From Octopus vulgaris (lineage: Eukaryota), in contig OX597832.1 of the NCBI GenBank assembly GCA_951406725.2, forward strand, positions 21,514,001 through 21,578,000: a stretch of DNA of 64,000 nucleotides, written 5' to 3'. Both the position numbers and the translations under genes were made by a program. Shown piece by piece: positions 53,579 to 64,000 of the stretch. The first letter of the stretch is position 1. The number at the start of each line of letters is the position of its first letter. The notes beneath the pieces were generated by a model. It saw nothing but the letters and a program-made list of their open reading frames with translations, was not told where the DNA came from and did no database searches.

Positions 53579-54437
53579 AATTATTCCTATTTCTCCTTCA
53601 TATTCTTTAACTTGTGACGAGAATTATTTAATTCCTCTTTGAGAGGTAGTCCTTCACGAATGTTGACAGCAATTTTCTGTTACCTATTTCGATTAACTTG
53701 CTCCTCAACTCATTTAACTTCTGCGGCGATGGCTCAAGATCGAATAATGTACCAAGTGCGTGATACTAAACGGTTCCCATACATGTCGAGATACACTCGC
53801 CATAAGAACGTTACTTTAAATAAGTTGCATTTTAATGTTAATTCCAGTGATTCGAACACTGTTTTGAAGCCGTTTATAAGTCAATTCCATAATTTGCTGT
53901 TGATATTCATTAATTTCTGCCTCACGATTTTTATAAACAGTAAAATAGTCATGTGACTTATATGGCATCTATGCTGAAGAAAGCATCATGGGTTTATGTA
54001 TTTCTACGAATGACACTGCTACAAACATGTTCGTGCCCGGAAACGTACAGACTTTAACATGTACATGCATATTTTAATACTGTACTGGATATCCGAGGTC
54101 GACTTTGCCTTTCATTATTTCGAGTACCAGTTGTGCGTTGGGGTCGATCTAATCGACAGCCCCACACCTCAAAAATTTCGGGCCTTGTGTCAAGAGTAGA
54201 AAAGAAATTTTTTCTGGGTATCATTTTAAAGTATCACTTTCTTTTAGCTATAGAGAGCTGCTGGTATGTATGTATATATATAGAGAGAGAGGGGGAGAAG
54301 TTGGGATAGAGGAGAGATGAGAGAGAGAGAGAGAAAGGCAGACAGACAGAAAGATAGAGAATGGAATGAGAAGCAAACAGATATATTTCTATGTGTGGGA
54401 ACATTTTCCCAACTACCTTCTGTGACTATTTTATTTT

Positions 54438-54471
54438 TTTCTGATGACGGATTAACGTCCAAAGCGTCTAG
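54438..54471 (+). ncRNA. Decayed minimal hammerhead motif
   Basis: CTGATGA-C-GGAT(TAAC)GTCC-AAAG-CG-TC. Intact 5' core and helix II, but GAAA reads AAAG. Confidence 0.45.
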
Positions 54472-54589
54472 GCTTTTTTTCCTTCATTTTTCAACATTAA
54501 ATACACTTGCTAGAATTTGCCCCTCCCGTGTTGTATTCTTTCTCATTGTCTAATGCATACATATATATATATATACACACGCATACACA

Positions 54590-54737
54590 TACGTGCGTCG
54601 TTATATAAGTATTGATATCTGTATGTGTGTATGAATAAATATATATACACACAATCATACAGGCGTGCATGTATACATACATACACGCGCATATATGTGC
54701 GTCGTTATATAAGTATTGATATCTGTATGTGCGTGTA

Positions 54738-54775
<38 letters not shown>

Positions 54776-54844
54776 TGTGCGTCGTTATATACACATTGAT
54801 ATATGTATGTGTGTATGAATATATATATATATATATACATACAC

Positions 54845-54875
<31 letters not shown>

Positions 54876-54950
54876 TACATATATGTGCGTCGTTATATAC
54901 ATATTGATATCTGTATGTGTGTGTATGAATATATATATATATATACATAC
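54590..54950. repeat. Minisatellite, 4 units of a ~45-bp core with (AT)n spacers
   Basis: GTGCGTCGTTATATA...ATTGATAT.TGTATGTG.GTATGAATA at ~54593, 54697, 54777, 54885. Confidence 0.9.
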
Positions 54951-54981
54951 ACACTTACATACATACATTCATGCATGCTTG

Positions 54982-55012
<31 letters not shown>

Positions 55013-55363
55013 GCATGCATGCATACATACATACATACACACATGCATGCATACATACATACATGGATACATGCAAACATTCATACACATATAAAGATAA
55101 GTGTGTGTCTATACACACATATATACACATGAACATTCCTCACTCACAATAGTAGGAGCTGGTATTTTTCTTTCTCCCCCAATACAAACAGCTCTCAGCA
55201 CACACACGCACACACACACACCTACACACACACCTGAGTTTCTTTTCATTTTGTCCACTCTCTGCGTCTCTGCCTGTTTCTTGTGTTTATCCTTCCTTCT
55301 TCCGTTGCAGCTGGTGTTCTGGTGTTCTTGAAGGCTTCAAACCAATACATTCCACACACCACA

Positions 55364-55402
<39 letters not shown>

Positions 55403-55685
55403 TATGTCTCCCTCTCTCTCTCTCTATCTATCTCTCTCTTTCTCTCTCTCTCTCTGTTTGTCTGTCTGTCTCTCTCTCTCTCTATTTTATTGTTTATGAA
55501 ATTTAATGTACCAAGATCATTTATGCTGGTAGTAGAGAGGAAGAAAGAAGCAATGAAAACAGAAAGAAGGGGAAGAAGAGGTAAAGGATGAGGATGAGGA
55601 GGAGGAGGAGGAGGAGGAAGAGGAGAGGAAGCGAAGGAAAAGGAGGAGAGAAAAGACAGTGTGCGTATATACACATGTAGGTTAT

Positions 55686-55727
<42 letters not shown>

Positions 55728-56060
55728 CATATATATATGTATATATATATATGTATATATACACATATATATATGTATATATATATATATGCATATATAT
55801 ATATATGTATGTGTATATATATATATACACGCAAGTTATACATATATATAGATATATGCAAATATCTATAACGAGAAAAAGGAGGGAAAGAGGGAGAAGC
55901 GGGAGAGAAAGAGAGAGAGAGAAAGATAGAAGGGTAGTGGTGGAGGAGGAAGAGGAGGAGGAGGAGGAGGAGGAGGAGGAAGAGGAGAGATACAATATGT
56001 GTATGTGTATGTACGGGAGAGTGGAAACGAGAAATGTGTCGTCTGCATGTGTGCACAACA

Positions 56061-56099
<39 letters not shown>

Positions 56100-56105
56100 C
56101 ATACA

Positions 56106-56204
<99 letters not shown>

Positions 56205-57612
56205 GCTTGTGTGTATGTATTTATGTATGCATGCATGTGTGTATGTGCGTGTCCATGTGTGTATGTGGGCGGTCGTATGCACCACTGCAAACGGCTGTCT
56301 CTCAGAAATCGGATGCCGTTATTATTAAGAAGTAGCATACAATCACTTGTGTTCGGTTTTAGCTTCGAGAGAGAAACTCAGTGTTCAATGGCGCTCATTT
56401 ACTTTCGGACAAAGAGCCTACCAACTTATGAATGTGGCCATGTCTTCACTCACTATAGACGATCGTAATTTGTAAAACGCTCTTTTATCTGTTAGAATAT
56501 TTCTACAATAGAACGAGGAATATCCATCAATTAGTGAAATTATGCGTCGTTGCTAGCTCTTGCAATAGCATAGTCAAAGATATAGAATCATGAAACGCGT
56601 TCGTAGACGGCTTTGATACTGTGTTCTATTGAGAGAGAGAAGCCGTGTGTGCCTCGTTTTCAATACAAAAGGCCCTGAGAAATAATTCTGAAAAGTTACG
56701 AGCTTAGGCATTGTATGCTGTTATGGCCAAGTGTCCCTCTCTTCCTCTTCTTCTTCCAATTCTTCTTCTTCCTTTTCTTCTTCTTCTTCTTCTTCTTCTT
56801 CTTCTTCTTCTTCTTCTTCTTCTTCTTCATTACTTTCTTCTCCTTCCTCTTCTTTCCTTCTTCTTCATCATCATCAACATTATTTTTCTTCTTCCTTTTC
56901 TTCTTCTTTTTCCTCTTATTCCTTTCTTCTTCTTCTTCTTCTTCTTCTTTTTCTTTTTCTTCTTCTTCTTCTTCATCATCATCATCATCTTCATCACCAT
57001 CATCAACATCATCATCTCCATTAGTTTCTTTTTTCTCTTCTTTTTGTTCTTGATCATCATCATCATCCACTTCTTCTTCTTCTTCTTCTTCTTCTTCGTT
57101 ATTTCAGCCTTCTTTCCTTTCTTCCTCTTTCCCTTCCTCTTCTTCTTCTTTTTCCTCTTCTTCTTCTTCCTCTCCTTCCTCTTCTTCTTTTCCTCGTTTA
57201 CTTTTTCACCTTCTTATAATTTTCTTCTTTTCCTTTTCTTCTACTTCCTCCTTCTCTACACTCTTCTCTCACTACCACCATTGTCATCATCATCATCATC
57301 ATCACCGCCACCACCAACGTCTCCTTCTACTTCACCTTCCTCCTCTCTTCCTTCCCCTCCTTATCAACCTCATCCTCACCACCAACGCCACCATCATTAT
57401 CATCATCATCACCATCATCATCAAAACCATTATAAACATCGTGATCATCACCATCATCATCATCACAATAATTATCATTTCCATCATCTTGTTTCTCCTC
57501 GTCTCCAGCTCCACCATTTTTATCCCTTTTTTCCTCTCTTTTCTCTTTATTTCTAATTCTATCCTCTTTTCTTCTAGGTACTTAAACTCTACTCCATGTT
57601 CTCCATTATCTT

Positions 57613-57709
<97 letters not shown>

Positions 57710-57872
57710 CTCTCTCTCTATCTCTCTCTCTCTCTCCATCCAGCTGTCTATCTCTCTATCTATCAATCATTCCACTTAACTTTCTGTTTCTCTGCCTATT
57801 ATATATACTAATTTAAGTATACATCTATCGATTTCTCCCTCTATTTCTTTTTTCCTCCTCTCTCTCTCTCTC

Positions 57873-58029
<157 letters not shown>

Positions 58030-58186
58030 GATAGATAGATATAGATATATATATATGTACAAACACATACATCCTTATATATATATGTGTGTCTATGTAT
58101 AAATATAAATATATACACAAGCACACACATACACATACATATATATGTGTGTCTGTGTATGTTATATATATATATATATATATGGA

Positions 58187-58250
<64 letters not shown>

Positions 58251-58296
58251 ACACATGCACATAAGTGAATGTGTGTTTGTGTGTGTACACGCACCC

Positions 58297-58386
<90 letters not shown>

Positions 58387-58453
58387 ACCTATTTATACAA
58401 TTTAACAATCCGGCTATTAAGTCCATTAATACTCCATATTGACTCTTCACCAC

Positions 58454-58517
<64 letters not shown>

Positions 58518-59385
58518 AGTTTCCTTAATTATTTCTTCTCCGCTCCTTCTTTCATTCTTGCTCTTTTTCTTTTTCTATTTGTATTTCTTTCAATGAAAGA
58601 AATTTTATTCTCTCCGTTCTTTTCACAGATTCTTGCAAAGTGGAAGTTTTTTTTTCAGGCGATGGTGGGGGAGAAGGGGTGAGGAAAGGGGCAAGAGCGA
58701 TGATAACGGAAGTTGGAGGTAAGAGGAAGTAGAGCATAGGACGAGGAGTAGTGTGAGGGCTAAGGGTGAAGATAGTGACGATGGCAACGGAGAAGTGGTG
58801 GTGGAATGAGGACGTGGGTATTGGTTGGAGGCAAATGGAGGTATGTGGTGACGGTGGATGTGGCGGTGGTGCTGGTGGGGGTGATGGTGATGGTAGTGGT
58901 AGTGGTGGCGGCGGGGGGCGTCCATGGTGATAGTGGTGGAGGTGGTGGTGGCGGTGGCGGCGATGGTGATAGTGGTTGTGGTGGTGGTGGTGGTGGTGGT
59001 GATAGTAGTGACGATGGTGAAGTGGGTGGGTGTGGATGATTGGCTGCTAGTGATCATGGTGGTGGTCATGGAGGGAGAGACGTAGTAATGAGTGGGGCAC
59101 TGAGTGGATGCAACGAGTGACCGTTCAGGTGACAATGAGGACGGTATTGATGCTGCTGCTGGTGTTGGTGGTGGTCGTGGTGGTGGTCGTGGTGGTGGTT
59201 GTGGTGGTGCTGGTGCTGGTGGTGGTGGTGGTGGTGGTGGTGGTGGTGGTGGTGAAGGTGGTAGTGGTGGTGGTGGTGGTGGTGGTGGTGGTGGTGGTGG
59301 TGGTGAAGGTGGTAGTGAAGGTGGTTTTGGACCTGGTGGACATTTTGGTGGGGGCGGCGATAGTGGCGAGTGGTGGTGGTTGAAG

Positions 59386-60256
59386 TGAGGATGATGGTGG
59401 TGGTAATTAAATTTGGGAAGTTGTGACGGTGTGGTGAGAACGATGAAGCCGAAGACAGGTGAGAAAAGGGATTAAATTGGAGGAAGAATAAGAAGGAATA
59501 AGGGAAGCAAGAAAGAAATAGGGAAGAAATAAGGAATAGAAAGAGAGAGAGAAAGGGAGAGAAAGGGGAAGGACGAGGAGGAGAGAAGGGAGTAAGGCGA
59601 GGTGAAGCAAGAGGCGGGAGGAGGAGAAAGAGGAGGAGGACTAACAGGAGGAAGCGGACGGGTCGTGACGAGGAGGTGGGCAGCGACGAGGAGGAAGAAA
59701 AGAAGAAAAGGGATGAGGAAGACAAAAAGAGGGGGAAGGGGATGGAAAGGAGGAAGAGGAAGAGGAAGAGGAGGAGGAGGAGGAGGAGGAAGAGGTGGAG
59801 GAGGAAGGGAAGGAGGAGGAAGAAGATGAGGAGGAGGAGGAAGAGGGGGAGGAAGAAGATGAATAGGAGGAGGAGGAGGAAGTGGTGGAGGAGGAAAAGG
59901 AGAGAAGGGAGTGATTGGAGAGAAAGAACAGGAGGAGGAGTATTGGGTGGAAGCGGAGGGGTCTTTGGACGAGGAGGGCGACGATGACAAGGAAGTGGAA
60001 AAGAGGAAAAGGAGGAGGGAGAGGGAGAGGAACAAAAAGGGGAGGTGGTAGAGGAGAAAGAGGTGGTTGTGGTGGAAGAGCAGGAGGTGGAGGGGTTGAA
60101 TGAGTGGAGGAAGAGGAGGACAAGGAGGCGGAAGAGGATTTAGAGAAGGAAGGTTTGCAGTGATAATACAAAGACGAAAGGAAAAATTCTTTCACACTTT
60201 TTTGCCATACCGCCTGTTTCAAACAAACACACACACGCAAAAGCAACAAAAGCAAA

Positions 60257-60296
<40 letters not shown>

Positions 60297-61357
60297 TACA
60301 CACACACACACACATACATACATACACACACACACACATACATACATACATACATACATACATACATACACATGTGACTGCATGTGTGTGTGTCTTCGTA
60401 TTCATATACACACGGAGATCAATAATCGACGTTGGTTTGTTTACTTCATCGTAACTTAACAGTTCAGCAAAACAGACTGATAGAGTAGGTACCAGGTTTT
60501 TAAAACTGAGTACTAGGGTTCTCTTTGGTGGAGTAAACCCTTCAACGCGGTGCTTTTAGAAGGCTGTAGTTCAATGAATGAATTTTTTTTTTAATTAAAA
60601 AAAATAAACAGTAAAGTTATAAGACGAGTGGTGTGCGCGCGCGAAAGCACACAGCTCAAGGGGTCACTGGTAAGAGGTGAAATGTGTCACGTCCAGCAAC
60701 AACCAACTTTCCATTCAAATTCAAATTCTGGGTGCGTGCTATTGACGTTAAGGGTGAGGCTTGGGATGAATGGTTCTCCGTCGGTTTCGACGATGATGAC
60801 GATTTAGTTACTCGATCAAGTGAGTTGCCTGCTCTTAAATGCAGATATATGTAACTTTAAAGCAATTCACCCGTCCGTCCATTTTCTCCTCTCACTAATG
60901 CCGGGAGTGGCACTGGAGCAACGCCCTCAGGCACATCCTCCATAAGGGCCATACATGCATAGACATATACATGACAGCTACTTCATCGTTCCCCAGTATA
61001 AGACGCTACTGGTACGACAAGTGATGCCTGTGCATGATACTCTTTGAAGGAGAAGTCTTACATACAACTAACCCCATTGTCTGAACGAAGATGATAGGTA
61101 ACCCCATAAGAAGAACTATTCAACATCATTGGCTGCCTTTCTCCCTTCTCTCCCCCTCGTCCTTCCCCTTTCTCTCCCTTTCTCTCCTTTTCTCTCACTT
61201 TCTCTTTCCTTATTTCTTCCCTATTTCTTTCTTGCTTCCCTTATTCCTCCTTATTCTTCCTCCAATTTAATCCCTTTTCTCACCTGTCTTTGGCTTCATC
61301 GTTCTCACCACACCGTCACAACGCCCCAACTTTAATTACCACCACCATCATCCTCAC
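59386..61357. repeat. Diverged inverted duplication (~210 bp; 59386-59598 vs 61135-61357)
   Basis: The arms are reverse complements. The ORF track shows near-identical peptides LFLPYFFLASLIP.YSSSNLIPFLTCL.LHRSHHTVTT on opposite strands. Confidence 0.9.
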
Positions 61358-61391
61358 CACCGCTTCGACTACCACCACCACCACTACCATC

Positions 61392-61788
61392 GCAAGTTTC
61401 ATATCAGAGCTCCTCTTCTTCTAGAGCGATGTCCTAACACGGAAAGGGGGTTCTAATTCCTAATAATGCGGCACACCTTGCCTACATTCTCGTACAAGTG
61501 GTTCTCTGCAGACTGGACCTGTTGCGTCCGAATATTTTTCAGAACGTATGAACCCTCAGCGCAGCATTGTTTCCTGTACCAAAGTCAGCAGTTTAACGAT
61601 GGTTGCTGCAAGAACCACGCTGTCCATGAGAAACAACCAGACCATGTTTGGCCATTGGATGGCCGTTGGCTTTAACCTGTTGATCCGTCCTTTGACTGGT
61701 TTTGTTTCTCATCCTGCTAGGTGTCCAGTTACCCTACTCAGTCGGCAAGCTTAGTGGTGTGGTCAGTTCAGTCGCCGATGACCCGACG
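61392..61788 (-). mobile_element. Third, diverged copy of the LINE 5'-leader-like element
   Basis: Minus strand GTCGGGTCATCGGCGACTGAACTG...GGATGAGAAACAAAACCAGTCAAAGGACGG...CAACGGCCATCCAAT and GTTAGGACATCGCTCTAGAAGAAG, collinear with 29836-30112. Confidence 0.65.
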
Positions 61789-62539
61789 ATGCAGCAGGTT
61801 CTGCCGGGTTACATGTTATGAGTAGCGCTCACAAAAGACCTGATAATTCGTACATACATACATACATACATACATACATACATACATGCATGCACACGAA
61901 CATACATACATGTATGTAAAAGTACATACATACATGCATACATACATATATGCATGCATGCATGCTTACAGACATGCGCTCATACATAATCTATGTATAT
62001 ATACATACATATATGCATAGACATACACACACACATATTCAAAAACAGATTTAGATACACAATCTACGCACAGACACACACACACACATAATACATACAT
62101 ACAGGCATACACAGACATACATACTTACATACATGTACAGATATAAACGCAGATACATACATGCATATATTCATACATAGATATATATACACACATACAC
62201 ATGCATACATACATACATTCATACATACATACACGTATATACGCATATATATACATAAACAAATGCACACGGACATACATACATACATACATACATACAT
62301 TCATACATACATACATACATACATACATTCATACATACATACATACATACATACATACATACATACATACATACATGCATATACACATATACATGCACAT
62401 GTACATACATACCAAATACATACCTACACTCACACACATGCAAAAAAATGCATACATACATACATACTTAATACATACATATACAAGCACATACATATAC
62501 AGACACACCACCCGCACCAACACCAACACGACACCACAT

Positions 62540-62574
<35 letters not shown>

Positions 62575-63115
62575 AGCACACACACACAAACAGACACACA
62601 CACACACCTCCACCACCATAAGTCTCTCTTGTGAATGACAGAGACAAAAGTGGGCGTGGCTATCTTTGTTGTCAGTGTCAACAAAGTTTATTGAATACGG
62701 GATAATGTCACTGCTGTTGTTGTTATTGTGGTGGTGGTTGTGGTGGTGGTGGTGGTGGTAGTGGTGGTGATGGTTGTGGTGATGGTGGTGGTGGTGGTTG
62801 TAATTTTAGTGGTAGTAACGGTGGTATCGCTTAAGGTGTTGTTGATGTTATTGTTGTTGTAGTGGTGGAGGTGTTGGCTGTGTCGGCAAAGGTGGTGGTG
62901 GTGGTGGTGGTAAGGGGAGGAGAAGGAGGAGGGAGGGACGGTGAGGAGAAAAGTGGGAGCTGAGGTTGATGGGAAGAGAATCAGAAAACGAAAATTCAAT
63001 TAGTATTTTCTTTTAATTGCTGTAATTGCCCCTGTAACATTGTTGTTCTATCGGGTTTGTTTTTTGGTGATGCCGATGCTGCTGCTGCTGCTGCTGATGA
63101 TGATGTTGATGTCGT

Positions 63116-63174
<59 letters not shown>

Positions 63175-63181
63175 GTGATGG

Positions 63182-63228
<47 letters not shown>

Positions 63229-63244
63229 GTGATGATGGTGATGG

Positions 63245-63291
<47 letters not shown>

Positions 63292-64000
63292 GTGATGATG
63301 GTGATGATGACGATGATGATGATGATGATGGGGAGATGAGGAGGAGGAGGAGGCGAAAGGAGGAGAAGATGAGGTGGAGGAGTGGGGAAGGAGGAGAGCG
63401 AGTAAGAGGGGAGGAGGTGGTGGTGGTGGTGGTGGTGGTGGTGGTTAGGGGGAGGATGGAAGGAGGAGGAGAACAACGACGTGATCAACGACAGTAACGA
63501 TGACGAGGCTGAAGAGAAGGATGAACATTAACGTGACGACGACGATGATGATGACTATGATGATGATGATGATGATGACGGTGATGGTAGCAGCGGTGAC
63601 AGTGGTGGTGGTGGTGGTGGTGGTGGTTATAACGAAAATATGGACGACTTCGACAACGATGACGACGAAGACGTCATAATTTTTTCTGTCCCCCCCCCTC
63701 CCTTTATACGATACTTCTAAGGACGCCGAAAACAGCCCAAGGGGGTAACCCTGTCTATGACATGTAGGAAAGAAAAGTGTTCTGCATACTAAATTCAAAT
63801 ACCGTAGAATCTTGCATATGTAATACATCCATTTATAGCATCTTTAAATCAACTGGAATTATCCAAGTGATTAGCAGATAAAAACTTCCTTGCATTGTTC
63901 CAAGACTCACGATCGTCTGACGACCGATTTCTTTGAACAATGAGTAACAGCTTATGCCTTTTATCTTTTGTTTCTTTCGGTCACTATATTGCGGCCATGC

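Overview
Repeat-saturated animal genomic DNA, most likely an octopus or other coleoid cephalopod (inferred from the tRNA-derived SINE families and the extreme (AT)n/(CA)n/(GATA)n/(TAA)n/(GAT)n microsatellite load). I recognise no host protein-coding exon, and almost all ORFs in the supplied track are translated microsatellites. The complex sequence is decayed mobile DNA: a Tigger/pogo transposase fragment, a full-length degenerate mariner, an internally deleted Helitron, a 9-bp-TSD MITE, CR1, R4/Dong and L1/Tx1 LINE pieces, a decayed Naiad-like Penelope RT, and many SINEs. Main signals: (1) a terminally redundant ~2.4 kb element (32438-34866) combining an L1/Tx1-type ORF1 remnant and 3' tail with a type I hammerhead ribozyme at the repeat junction; (2) a SINE with a Tx1-derived tail that appears to insert into its own family at a fixed site and builds 184-bp concatemers; (3) several further minimal or long-helix-II hammerhead motifs; (4) Tx1 ends embedded in (GATA)n; (5) a conserved structured LINE-like 5' leader in three copies; (6) a 1.18 kb near-perfect palindrome. 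All family assignments are by eye from remembered motifs; no database search or folding program was run.
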